64,000 nucleotides of DNA from an uncultured bacterium (GCA_963827235.1 CAWHAE010000012.1:1152001-1216000), one strand, 5' to 3'. Counted from the stretch's first letter, positions 23,379 to 33,019 are shown. Notes: a model not told the origin generated them from the sequence alone. A program made the numbers and translations.

Positions 23379-23407
23379 TGTATACCACTTTCTAGTGAAA
23401 ATGTCAA
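23379..23407 (-). promoter_or_regulatory. sigma70-type promoter of hsp20
   Basis: Minus strand TTGACA-N17-TATACA with extended TG. Confidence 0.65.
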
Positions 23408-23723
23408 GATCATTGAGTGTAGATATATAAAGTATTGAACCCCGGCACGGCTATGGGCTTGTCTGGTGCAGCGCCGAGCTCGCACAGACTTCCCACTGCG
23501 TGGCGACCGAGTTAGCAGTCATGTATGCAGAATGCTAGCCTTGGTATTCCAGCCCTCGTGAGAGCGTCCTCCCATGGTTCCCGCGGCGGTTCAGCCTCGC
23601 GGGCTGAGCTGCGTCCATTCGCCAGAGGCGGCAGAAGGCACTTTACTATGAATATATTCCAATAAAACAGCACCGGATTGCGCTTGCAGAACGTCAAATT
23701 CATAGAGGATGGTTAGTCTATAC

Positions 23724-23752
23724 TTGACACTGGCCCTTTGGGAGCCCATACT
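23724..23752 (+). promoter_or_regulatory. island signature promoter
   Basis: AGAGGATggttagtcTATAC TTGACA-N17-(GCC)CATACT. Confidence 0.7.
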
Positions 23753-23757
23753 GTGGA

Positions 23758-23870
23758 GTGACGGTCACCAGCTCGGGCGCCACACCCGAAGCGATGCAGT
23801 GCCAGTTGGTGCGGATACTGCGCAAGCTAGCCGAGAATCCCGCCAAGCCTATCATCACGATGCATGCCGG
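23758..23870 (+). pseudogene. remnant of the SPFH gene 3' region
   Basis: Translates as VTSSGATPEAMQCQLVRILRKLAENPAK; the SPFH protein has VNSSGATPEAMQYQYMQMLPKLAENPANK. Confidence 0.75.
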
Positions 23871-23960
23871 CAAGCAGCATCGGCCGGGCAGTCGACTGCG
23901 CGTCCCTGCTGACACAGGGTGCCCAGTCGTCGCCGCACCGTCTTCAATAGTGATTGATCC

Positions 23961-25043
23961 GTGAAACGCATGCCTGCGACGCAACTGGAAGGAAGCTACC
24001 TGGTGGGCCTACGGCCTTTGGCACTTCGTCTTGGTTGCGGTGTCGTTCTGGTTGGGCTACTGCTAATCGCGCTGCATACCATCGGATGGAGCCTTGCGCT
24101 GCGTGCGACGATGCGCGTTGGTCCCACGACCTTGGTGCTCGCGCTCGCCATGACTGTACTCTCGATGCTGATCAGCGGCGTGGTCTGGACGCGCGTGCTA
24201 GGCTGCCTCGGCCACCGCGCCGCGGTACAGGTGGGCATGACGCTCTACGCGGGGACCGGCCTTGCCGCGTATCTTGCCTCGGGTGTTGGAGCCGCGGGCG
24301 AGTGCATCGTGCTTCTGCGGCGACATGGCGTCTGTGCCGGCCGCGCCGTGCTGCTGCTGGTTCTTGCCAGCTTGGTCGGCTTCCTTGGCTGCGTGGTCTG
24401 GGTGCCATGCGGCCTGGTGTTGCTGGCCGCTCCCGCGGTGACCCGCGCCCTGCCTGCGCTGGGGACACATGGGCCGCTGGTCGTCATGATTGCGACGGCA
24501 GTCTGTGGGGTGGGGGCGCTGATCACGCTCGCGCTGGTCACGCTGTGCCCTCGTCTGTGCGCACGCTGGCGCGTGGCCCGTCTCCTCGTCGACCCATCTG
24601 GCCCGCCGTTGCGGCTGTCATTGCCCTATCTTCTCGGCCTGATTCCCGTCGCAGCGGTCGGTTGGGTGGTAGGGGCCGTGCCCCTGTGGGTGCTGCTGCG
24701 GACTGCCGCGCCCAGCGCTGGTGTGTCCCTGCTGGCGGCGATCGGCGTGCAGTCGGTGGCAGCGGTGATTGGGAGCGTGACCTTCTTCCTGCCCAACGGG
24801 CTGGGGGCGCGGGATGGGGCGATTGTGGGCCTGCTTGTCACCGTAGCCGGCGTGCCCCTTCCTGCAGCGGCAGCCGTGGCGGTCCTGCTACGCCTCAGCG
24901 ATCCCGTGGCCAAGGCGCTCATCCTGCTGGTTCTCGCCGGACTGCGAAGAGTTCCTCGCCTCTCGCTTTCGTCGCCACGGCTATGGCGCGCGGGCAATGC
25001 CGCTGCGCGCGCCGTGCTTAGCCGGCCGGTGTTAGCACCATAG
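23961..25043 (+). CDS. lysylphosphatidylglycerol-synthase TM-domain protein, paralog 2
   Basis: Multi-TM protein; VVWTRVL and FFLPNGLGARDG motifs. Confidence 0.8.
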   Translation: MKRMPATQLEGSYLVGLRPLALRLGCGVVLVGLLLIALHTIGWSLALRATMRVGPTTLVLALAMTVLSMLISGVVWTRVLGCLGHRAAVQVGMTLYAGTGLAAYLASGVGAAGECIVLLRRHGVCAGRAVLLLVLASLVGFLGCVVWVPCGLVLLAAPAVTRALPALGTHGPLVVMIATAVCGVGALITLALVTLCPRLCARWRVARLLVDPSGPPLRLSLPYLLGLIPVAAVGWVVGAVPLWVLLRTAAPSAGVSLLAAIGVQSVAAVIGSVTFFLPNGLGARDGAIVGLLVTVAGVPLPAAAAVAVLLRLSDPVAKALILLVLAGLRRVPRLSLSSPRLWRAGNAAARAVLSRPVLAP

Positions 25044-25206
25044 GCCGGGTATGGCAGGCTTACAGGCTGACTGCGGCGTGACAACGTCCCCTGGCGTGTC
25101 ATGTGTCACGGTATTGAGCACGGCCGGCCCGTGCATCGGCGCGCGCACAGACTCCTCAATCTAGACGCAGCCGTCCCGTTATATTGAGAGATAAATCAGC
25201 TTATAC

Positions 25207-25235
25207 TTGACATATTCGGGCCCAGAGCGCATACT
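25207..25235 (+). promoter_or_regulatory. island signature promoter
   Basis: GAGAGATaaatcagctTATAC TTGACA-N17-CATACT. Confidence 0.65.
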
Positions 25236-25568
25236 CAAGGTGGGTGAGCAGCTCCTCCAGCGCTCCTCGCCGCAATGAGCACCGTGAGGGTGCGCGGGAG
25301 CTGTCCGGCGCCCTTCACTAGCCCGCCTCATTCCAGCTCGTGGTGCGGTGACGGAGCGGGCCACGCAGGCTCCCGGTTTCCACCGGGCGCATTGATCGGC
25401 CAGCGACGTGCACACCAACCGGCCCCCAGCAATGCAGTGTCTCGTCATGCCCAGCAGGGACGGGCCTCATCGGGACAAGCCGGGGCAACCCAGAGAGGAC
25501 GAAACGCAGCCGCGTTCACACGGAGGCAAGTCCCAAGGCGGCATACAGCGTAGAGAGAACGGTACAGC

Positions 25569-25961
25569 ATGAACGAGCGCGTCTTGATTCGCGGGGACCG
25601 CGAGTACCCGAACATGGACGATGTGGAGCACTATGTGGCCGCGCTGGCCCCCGACACAATCGTCGTGGACGGCGAAGCGCACGGTCTGGACCAGCTGGTA
25701 GGGCAGGCGGCGCAGCGGCGCGGACTGGCCGTGGAGCGCTTTCGCACTGACTGGAGCAGCGGCACACGCGCCGGCAACGCCTCCAGCGACGAGATGGTGG
25801 CGCGCGCCGACCGCGTCGTCGTTTTCCGTGCCGGCGGCTCATCCGGTACTCTGCACACGATCCGGGAGGCGGTTCGCGCAGGCAAGCCCACACTCGTGTT
25901 TTCCGCGGAGTGGGGTCCTTACCCGGAAGGGATCGCCGGCGTAGAATACTCCGGTGCCTGA
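25569..25961 (+). CDS. SLOG-superfamily (DUF2493/YspA-like) protein
   Basis: VLIRGDR, VVDGEAHGLD, FRTDW, ADRVVVF, SSGTLHTI..A..AGKP. Confidence 0.75.
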   Translation: MNERVLIRGDREYPNMDDVEHYVAALAPDTIVVDGEAHGLDQLVGQAAQRRGLAVERFRTDWSSGTRAGNASSDEMVARADRVVVFRAGGSSGTLHTIREAVRAGKPTLVFSAEWGPYPEGIAGVEYSGA

Positions 25962-26093
25962 CCGATCACGCTCGTGCTGTGCAGCCAACGGTGACCATGC
26001 GGATCCGCGGGCTGCACAGCACGAGCATGGCCTCCTGCAGTCGCCGTGGAAAGCCGTGCCTGCCGAGCACGCTCCGCATGCCGGAGAGCTGCG

Positions 26094-26366
26094 CTATGCT
26101 TCGAGGCGACGCTTCAGCCCATCAGCCAGCTCGAGCAGGTGTGTCTCGTATTGCTCGACGCCGGCGAGGTACTGCTCGACACCTTTCATGGCACTCTCCA
26201 GTGTCGCCCCGAACTCCTCGTACTTGGCGTCCCGCCAGACGCCGCTCTGGCTCTGCCAGTGTTCCCGCATGCTGAAGAACTCATCTCGAATCGTGCGGTC
26301 AAAGTTCACGAGGTGGCACCGGAGCTCGATCACGGAGCTCACGTCGGCCGCTATGCTGCTGCTCAT
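26094..26366 (-). CDS. WXG100-like helical hairpin protein
   Basis: 90 aa, two amphipathic helices with a central W-R-D turn; GAGG RBS. Confidence 0.6.
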   Translation of the reverse strand: MSSSIAADVSSVIELRCHLVNFDRTIRDEFFSMREHWQSQSGVWRDAKYEEFGATLESAMKGVEQYLAGVEQYETHLLELADGLKRRLEA

Positions 26367-26554
26367 CTGATACCTCGCACTGCACTACCGACAGACCGAC
26401 ACGGCGGCCGCTCAGGTGACACATCCCTGCCTGGAGCAGGCCTGGCTGGGAGACCATGCAACATCCCTTCGCCGCGGTGACACAGAGACCGCCGGTGAGG
26501 TGCCACCGCGGATAAGCCGCCGAATATGACCTCCCAGGCGGCCCATACCTGCGG

Positions 26555-27550
26555 TTACCCGACGGGGGCGGCTACGACGCGGGTAGCTCCACCACCATTC
26601 CTGGCCTGGCTGGAGGCATCGACTCCGTGCTCAGCCAGGCTCATGCTGCCGTTTGCGACCTGGGCCATCGACCCCGCGAGCCCGGCCAGGCCCGCCATGT
26701 CCGCCGGCACGATAAACACCTTGTTCGCCGGATTCTCGGCCAGCTTCGGTAGCATCTGCATGTACTGGTACTGCATCGCCTCCGGAGTGGCACCCGAGGA
26801 GTTGACGGCCTCGAACACCATGTGCACGGCTTCCGCCTGCGCCTTCTGCACGGTGAGCAGGGCCTGGGCATCTCCCTGAGCGCGCAAGATCGCCGCCTGT
26901 CGCTGGCCTTCGCTGGCAATCACCAGGGCTTTCTGTGCGCCGTCCGCCCGCAAGATCGCCGCCTGCGCCTCGCCTTCCGCGGTCAGGATCGTGGCCCGCT
27001 TGTTCCGCTCCGCCTGCATCTGCTTTTCCATCGCCAGCTGGATGTCCTTGGGCGGGCTGATATCCTTGAGCTCCACGCGCGTGATCCGCACGCCCCACTT
27101 CTCGGTCACTTCGTCGAGCACGAGGCGCAGCTGGGAATTGACCTCGTCGCGACTGGTCAAACTCCGGTCCAGCGACAGGCTGCCCATCACGTTCCGCAAC
27201 GTCGTTTGGGCGATCTGCTCCATCGCCTGCAGCAAGTTGGCGACCTGGTAGCTCGCGTCCTTCGCATCGTGGATCTGATAGTAGACCACCGTGGTCACAT
27301 TGATCGTCACATTGTCCGCGGTGATCACCGGCTGCGGTGGGAAGTTGACCACCTGCTCGCGCATGTCCAGCAACGGCAGCATCTTGTCGATGAAGGGCAG
27401 TACCACGATCAGTCCGCTCTCGGAGGCACTGTGAAAGGCCCCAAGGCGTTGCACGACACCGATCCGCGCTTGCGGGATGATACGGAACGTTCGGGCCAAC
27501 AAGCCCACAAACACGACAACGACGATGGCCAGGGCGATTTCTACTCCCAT
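26555..27550 (-). CDS. SPFH/band-7 membrane protein, copy 2
   Basis: Near-identical to 6027..7046 up to DMAGLAGLAG, then a different tail; true start is ATG 27550. Confidence 0.95.
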   Translation of the reverse strand: MGVEIALAIVVVVFVGLLARTFRIIPQARIGVVQRLGAFHSASESGLIVVLPFIDKMLPLLDMREQVVNFPPQPVITADNVTINVTTVVYYQIHDAKDASYQVANLLQAMEQIAQTTLRNVMGSLSLDRSLTSRDEVNSQLRLVLDEVTEKWGVRITRVELKDISPPKDIQLAMEKQMQAERNKRATILTAEGEAQAAILRADGAQKALVIASEGQRQAAILRAQGDAQALLTVQKAQAEAVHMVFEAVNSSGATPEAMQYQYMQMLPKLAENPANKVFIVPADMAGLAGLAGSMAQVANGSMSLAEHGVDASSQARNGGGATRVVAAPVG

Positions 27551-27647
27551 GGCACCAGTCCTTTCCTGACATGCGCAGGCAGCCGGCGCTCGGCCGCGTA
27601 GCGCGTCGCGCACAGCACGACACTCGGCAACTCGGCCGCCTGCTGCC

Positions 27648-27676
27648 AGTATGGGCGGGTTGGACCCTCGTGTCAA
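27648..27676 (-). promoter_or_regulatory. island signature promoter (SPFH copy 2)
   Basis: Minus strand TTGACA cgagggtccaacccGCC CATACT. Confidence 0.7.
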
Positions 27677-27852
27677 ATATATCGCTAAGAAGCTCCGTCG
27701 ATACCCCGCACGATCTGCGACAATGGGGATAACAGATTCAGCAAATTCACAGCACTGCACTCTTTGAACGGTGGCCGGTGAGACCGCACTGTCCACCGGC
27801 ACGTTCTCGAACCGCCGGTAGCTGTAGCTCGACGTGCGCGCCACGCTCGCGA

Positions 27853-28377
27853 TCACGCGGTGAGGACGTCGGTGAGCTGCGTGGCGCTCAACTGGTTATC
27901 ACTCAACGACTCCATGCGCTTGAACGCGCTGAACATCCGCCGGTTCAAATCCAGCGACGGTGTGTGGGAATCCAGATCGCGCCCTTTGAGGTAGGCGCCC
28001 CTGGCCATGTAGTCGGCAAAGAAGCGGGCGATGCTCAAGTGCTTGTCCTCGCTGCTCCCGTCGAAGCCTGGAAACCTGACCTCAGCAAGACCCGTTACCT
28101 GCTTGACGTACTCCTGGTCTTCAGGTTTGAGCTCGACGTACGACTGCTCCAGTCTGTCCCACATGCCGAGGACGTTGGCTACCTCATCGACCTCATGGGG
28201 CTGATCATGCTCGCCTTTCAGCCGGAGGTGCGTGTATTCCCACGCCAAGGCCCAGGTGTTGCCCGTCTGCAGTGCGCCTCGCACAAGCCGTGGGTCGATG
28301 TCCCCCTTGATATTCAGATGCTGATAGATGTCGGTGAGCATTGCCAGCGTCAGCTTTTCGCCATTACTCAGCTTCAT
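27853..28377 (-). CDS. YfbU-family protein
   Basis: MKLSNGEKL, EVANVLGMWDRLE.SY, FPGFDG..E, LDSHTP; AGGAGGA RBS. Confidence 0.85.
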   Translation of the reverse strand: MKLSNGEKLTLAMLTDIYQHLNIKGDIDPRLVRGALQTGNTWALAWEYTHLRLKGEHDQPHEVDEVANVLGMWDRLEQSYVELKPEDQEYVKQVTGLAEVRFPGFDGSSEDKHLSIARFFADYMARGAYLKGRDLDSHTPSLDLNRRMFSAFKRMESLSDNQLSATQLTDVLTA

Positions 28378-28440
28378 GGTCGATCCTTTCCTCCTGCGAG
28401 TGCTATGCTCTCTGGCCCATGGCAGCCGCCGGCTGTGCAC

Positions 28441-28470
28441 CGCCACCCGGCAGCCGGCTGCCGGGTGGCG
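28441..28470. terminator. 30-bp perfect palindrome after the surface-protein gene
   Basis: cgccacccggcagcc|ggctgccgggtggcg. Confidence 0.65.
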
Positions 28471-28487
28471 CTTTGACACAGGTACGT

Positions 28488-30197
28488 CTAGTACGCGGGG
28501 TTGCCCACGTCCTCTGTGGCCGAGAGGCTATCGGACGAGAGGCCAACCGCGTAGGCGATGAATCCACCGCCGCTGCCGGCAGCAAGCTTGAACTCGGCGC
28601 CCAGGGCGCCGGGCGGAATACTCACCTGCGTATCTTGCTCCACGTCGATCACCTGGATACCACCGGCTGGCACGGTGTAGGTCGCCGAGGGGTTGGCGCT
28701 GTTGCCACCGAAATAGGTGGCGAGGACTTGAATGGCCGTACTTCCGGGATTATAGAGGTACACGTTTCGGTTCAGGGCCGCGTTGTTGTCCGGCAATGTG
28801 GTGGACAGGTCGGTGAGGAATACGTCGGCCGCGGCGGCAGCCTGTGCCGGAAAGGCCAGGCCCGGATGCTGACCGATATTGGGGGATCCGCCAAAGTACT
28901 GCGCGGACTCCGCCTCGATAGGGCCGGTTGCCGTCAGCGAGACGCTGAACACGGGCACCGTACCGGCACCCAGGAAGTTGTTGGCGATGATCGTCTGCCG
29001 GGTACCCGGGCTGACGCTCACCGTGGCGGACGTGCCGACCGGATGACCGCCGGCATCGGAAAACGATGCAGTCACCTGCACTGGGTTGCCGCTCGAGCTG
29101 GGGTTCAACAGGGTGATGAAGTCCTGATTGCCGGTGGGCCCGGCGCCGCCGGAACTGCCGAACGCAAAGCGCAGCGCGGTAGCGGGCGCTCCGATGCCGC
29201 TGCTGACCGTAGAGCCGAACTTGCCCGAACCCACGCCATCGCCGAAGTAGATGACCCGCTCAGGCACGATCGGCTGGTCGCTGCTAATCAGCATGCCGAC
29301 CGATTTGGCAGGATTCGCCAGGTTGAGACTGCGGATGTTGGCTGTGATTCTGCTTAGCGCCGGTACCGTCAGTGACAGGGTGCGGGCACCTGCCGCGCTG
29401 GCCGCCTGCGGCGCCAGCAAGACCGTCACATTCGCCGCTGTGCTGGAGGGGTTAAGTACCGTCAGGTACTCCTGGAAGGTGACCCCTGTGTAGCCTTCTG
29501 GGAAGCCCCACGAGGTGGCCGGGGCGCGTACCGGTAGGGTGGTGCTGCTGTCCAGCCGAGCGCCAGTGGGGGACAGACGGCTCATCGTACGCGTGACATA
29601 GATACGCTCGGGGGAGGTGACCACGGCGGCGACGAGCTTGTCGGCGCCGACGTCCGCGTTCACGGACTCGCGCAGGACCGACGTGCGCGCAACGCTACGC
29701 GTGACTACCACCGGCGCCGTGGCGCCCTGAATGTAGTAGGTCATGGTAACGTTTGCGACGCTCGGGCTGGGATTCAGCACGTTGAGCACCTCGGTGAATG
29801 TTGCGCGCCCGTTCGTCGCCGCCAGGCCCGTGTAGCCCTCGGCGAAATAGTCGATGGTGCCGCCCGGCACGGTCATTGGGGTCGCGGTCGCCGTGGCGGC
29901 AGCGGTGGCCGTCGCCGTACCGGTATGTGTAGCCGTGGCGGTGCCGGTCGGCGCTGCGACCGTAGCGGTAGCCGTGGCCGTTGGCGTGGTCGTGCCGGTC
30001 CGGGTAGCCGTTGGTGTGGTCGTGGCAGTTAGGGTGGCCGTTGCGGTGTACGTGGCTGTCGGGGTTGCGGTGGTCGCAACATTCGAGCGTGCCGCCTGGA
30101 CCGTGGAGGCCTGGCCACCTGACAGGAGTCCAGACCACGAGATCGGCACTGCAATCAGTGCCGCCAATATGAAGAGCTGAATACGATGCGTTCGCAT
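28488..30197 (-). CDS. secreted protein with Thr/Ala-rich linker and four DUF5719-like beta-sandwich repeats
   Basis: Signal peptide, (TATPTAT)n tract, YFAEGYTG..VLNP and WGFPEGYTGVTFQEYLTVLNP repeats. Confidence 0.8.
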   Translation of the reverse strand: MRTHRIQLFILAALIAVPISWSGLLSGGQASTVQAARSNVATTATPTATYTATATLTATTTPTATRTGTTTPTATATATVAAPTGTATATHTGTATATAAATATATPMTVPGGTIDYFAEGYTGLAATNGRATFTEVLNVLNPSPSVANVTMTYYIQGATAPVVVTRSVARTSVLRESVNADVGADKLVAAVVTSPERIYVTRTMSRLSPTGARLDSSTTLPVRAPATSWGFPEGYTGVTFQEYLTVLNPSSTAANVTVLLAPQAASAAGARTLSLTVPALSRITANIRSLNLANPAKSVGMLISSDQPIVPERVIYFGDGVGSGKFGSTVSSGIGAPATALRFAFGSSGGAGPTGNQDFITLLNPSSSGNPVQVTASFSDAGGHPVGTSATVSVSPGTRQTIIANNFLGAGTVPVFSVSLTATGPIEAESAQYFGGSPNIGQHPGLAFPAQAAAAADVFLTDLSTTLPDNNAALNRNVYLYNPGSTAIQVLATYFGGNSANPSATYTVPAGGIQVIDVEQDTQVSIPPGALGAEFKLAAGSGGGFIAYAVGLSSDSLSATEDVGNPAY

Positions 30198-30285
30198 AGC
30201 CTCAATCCTTTTCTTTGGTCGATTTCGGCCGGCCATGGCTCGGACCATCGTGCGCGATGTTTCCGAAAACGAACCAGAGGCCGCA

Positions 30286-30317
30286 GGCCCCCACCCTCCT
30301 CAACGAAGGTGGGGGCC
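30286..30317 (-). terminator. probable terminator hairpin
   Basis: ggcccccacc-N12-ggtgggggcc just after the stop of the 30336 gene. Confidence 0.55.
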
Positions 30318-30335
30318 CTTGGCACCACCTGGCTG

Positions 30336-32897
30336 TCAGTCGATGGTGATGGTGACCTGGGCGTGACGACCGCTTTGGGCGCCGGTCGCCAGCAACGTTG
30401 CCTTTCCCCTGTGGGCACTGAACCCAAGGCGGAAACTCGTGCGGCCGAAGTTGCCATGGCTGTCGGCCCTGGCAGTCTGCACCACCTGCCCATTCAAGCG
30501 GAGCAAGACGGTCTCGCCCGCTTTGAAGCCATGCCCAGACACGGTGATGGTGCTATTGCGCTGCACAATGGAGTGCAGGACCGAGATGCCCGTGCTTGGC
30601 GGCGTGACGGTGACGTGTACGTTCACCGAAGCGGATCGCCCGCTGCGTGCTCCGGTGGCGGTTACCGTGAAGGTGCCATAGGGGCTGTTCACAGGCACCT
30701 GGAAGGTGGCTTTATTGTAGTCGCCATGACTATCGACCGTGGCTGCCTGCACCACGGCACCGCGGAAGCGAATCAGGACGATTTCCCCGGCCTGGTAGCC
30801 TGTACCGGAAACGGTGACCTTGCTGCCGCGGTGCAAACTCGTCGACGACAGCTTGAGATGCGCCGCCGCGGGTGACGCCGGCGTGATCTGCAGGGCTTCT
30901 CTGGCGCTGCGGCCACTGCGCGATCCGGTAATCACGACATAGGTGTTGCCATAGGCGGCAGTACCCGGCACCGTGAAGCCGGCATTGGCGAAGCGGCCAC
31001 TGCCGTCTGTCGTGGTCGCCTGCACGAGCGTATTGCCGAAGCGGATGAGCACCACCTCGCGGGCCAGGAAGTTGTAGCCGCTCACCCGAACGACGCTGCC
31101 ACGATGCGCGCTCTTCGGTGTGAGGCCAATGCCTGCGATCACGGGCTGGACCACGTGCAGGGTGGTGGAGGCAACCCGGCGGCTGCTCGCGCCGGTGACA
31201 GTGAGGCTGTAGGTGCCCGGGCCGGCGTTGATGGGCAGCGATCTGCTAAATGACCCAGACCCATCGGCGTTGAAGCTCAGCACCAGACTGTTGTTGAGGC
31301 GCAGCCACATCTGCTCACCGGCGGTGAAGCCAGAGCCGCTCAGCGTGACGCGCCCGCCCGGCACAATGGTCGAGGGGTTGGCGTACAGCTTTGGCGACAC
31401 GAGTGCCGGCTTCGCGTAGACGGTCAGCACGGCAGTAGCCCCGCGGCCGCTGGTGGCGCCGACTGCCATCACCTTGTACTGGCCTGGTCCGAGGGTGTCC
31501 GGCACGATGAAGCTGCCGTTGGTGAAGGAGCCGGCAGCACCGGCGGTCAGGTTCTGCACCAATACGTTATTCAGGCTCACCAGCACGGTCTCGCCGGACT
31601 GGTACCCCGTGCCGGCCACCAGTACCTGTGAGCCGGGCATGGCCCTGAGTGGGCTGATGGCGATACCGGCCACGGGAATGGGTTGCGGCGCGACGACGAT
31701 CAGCCCGGTGCCTGCCGAGCGTTGCGTGGTCGCTCCGGTAGCGGTGATGCGATAGGTGCCCGAGGCGGTGCCGGACGGCACGGTAAGGAGCACGCCGGCG
31801 AAGTTGCCGGCAGGGTTCGCACTGATGCCGCTTTCCAGGGCGCCGTTGAATCGGATCAACACCGTTTCACCGGGCGCGAAGCCACTGCCGCTGATCACCA
31901 CCTGCGAGCCAGGGCTGGTCACCGCAGTGCTGACGATCACCACGGGGGCAGCCGGGGTCGGCGTGGGCGTCGCAACCTGCGGCGCGGCCACGCTGACTTG
32001 TGCGCTGGTCGAGCGCGCACTGCTCACGCCATAAACCTGCAGCGCGTAGGTGCCCGGTCCCAGATCCGCGGGCACCGGTAGCTTCGCCGACCCGAATCCG
32101 CCGTTCGCATCGGCCGAGACGACGACCGTGCTCGTGCCGCCGTTCAGAAAGATCTGCACGGCCTCATCCGGCTTGAAACCGGATCCGCTCACGCTGAGAC
32201 TCGTGCCGGACACGACCGGCGACGGGGTCACGGCGATAGCAAGCGCCGCGGCGGGCGCGGCGACATGGAAGATCTGCACGCCAAAGAGGCCGCTCTGGCT
32301 TCCCTGGACATAGACGTGATGCAGGCCAACGCCCACACCCGCCGGGATGGGCACATTCACGGTGAGCCCACCCTGGCTGTCGGCCACGGCGGTGAAGCTC
32401 ACGCCGTTGGGCGCGCTTACCGTCACGGTCTCACCGGGCTGGAATCCGGCGGCGACCAGCGGCAGCGAGCCCCCTGCCGTGGCACTCGTCTGAGTCAGGT
32501 TGAGCTGCACCGGGTTGGCCTGGATAGGCGCCCATGGCCAGACAAGGCCGCCGGCGACGGTGTGCAGACTCAGCACGGTGCCGTTCGCAAGCGTGTCGAC
32601 CGTGCCCGCGTCGAGGCTGATAATCGTGGACGAATCGTATTCCAGCGCGCTGAACGTGGCGGCCGAATCGATCCAGTGCCGCTCCTGGGCCCAGACCACG
32701 TAGACCCTGCCGGAGGTCGTATCACGAATCAGAGTGCCGTCGGGCAGCTGCAGCGCAGAAGCCACCGCGGTCGCAGGGGCGGCATGCGCCGGCAGGCCAA
32801 GCAGGCCGGGCAAGAAGAGCACGACGCACAGGACAATCGCCGCCAGGCGCAGGGCAGATCGCGTGCCCCGACTGGCGTGGGCTATGAGCGTAGACAT
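30336..32897 (-). CDS. secreted protein with eight Ig/IPT-like repeats
   Basis: Signal peptide ending PAHA; eight ~90-aa repeats with VSGxGFxPGExV...GxF; AGGAGGAGG RBS. Confidence 0.85.
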   Translation of the reverse strand: MSTLIAHASRGTRSALRLAAIVLCVVLFLPGLLGLPAHAAPATAVASALQLPDGTLIRDTTSGRVYVVWAQERHWIDSAATFSALEYDSSTIISLDAGTVDTLANGTVLSLHTVAGGLVWPWAPIQANPVQLNLTQTSATAGGSLPLVAAGFQPGETVTVSAPNGVSFTAVADSQGGLTVNVPIPAGVGVGLHHVYVQGSQSGLFGVQIFHVAAPAAALAIAVTPSPVVSGTSLSVSGSGFKPDEAVQIFLNGGTSTVVVSADANGGFGSAKLPVPADLGPGTYALQVYGVSSARSTSAQVSVAAPQVATPTPTPAAPVVIVSTAVTSPGSQVVISGSGFAPGETVLIRFNGALESGISANPAGNFAGVLLTVPSGTASGTYRITATGATTQRSAGTGLIVVAPQPIPVAGIAISPLRAMPGSQVLVAGTGYQSGETVLVSLNNVLVQNLTAGAAGSFTNGSFIVPDTLGPGQYKVMAVGATSGRGATAVLTVYAKPALVSPKLYANPSTIVPGGRVTLSGSGFTAGEQMWLRLNNSLVLSFNADGSGSFSRSLPINAGPGTYSLTVTGASSRRVASTTLHVVQPVIAGIGLTPKSAHRGSVVRVSGYNFLAREVVLIRFGNTLVQATTTDGSGRFANAGFTVPGTAAYGNTYVVITGSRSGRSAREALQITPASPAAAHLKLSSTSLHRGSKVTVSGTGYQAGEIVLIRFRGAVVQAATVDSHGDYNKATFQVPVNSPYGTFTVTATGARSGRSASVNVHVTVTPPSTGISVLHSIVQRNSTITVSGHGFKAGETVLLRLNGQVVQTARADSHGNFGRTSFRLGFSAHRGKATLLATGAQSGRHAQVTITID

Positions 32898-32930
32898 GTA
32901 GTCCTCCTCCTGAGAAATCACTCTCAGGCT

Positions 32931-33019
32931 TGACCCAGGGCACGACGCTGCTGCGCGCCATGCCCTGGTTGCCGATCTCGGATCTGACCCAGGGCACGAC
33001 GCTACTGCGCCACGCCCTG
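32931..33019. repeat. 54-bp-period direct repeat spanning the stop codon of the 33002 gene
   Basis: tgacccagggcacgacgct(g/a)ctgcgc..ca(t/c)gccctg at 32931 and 32985. Confidence 0.75.

Noticed and set aside
23412-23432. HspR (HAIR) operator upstream of hsp20
   Set aside because: ATTGAGT-N7-TATAAAG matches only 10 of 14 consensus positions; too weak to call.
29878-30075. Low-complexity gtggccgt/gtagccgt repeats
   Set aside because: They simply encode the Thr/Ala-rich linker of the secreted protein.
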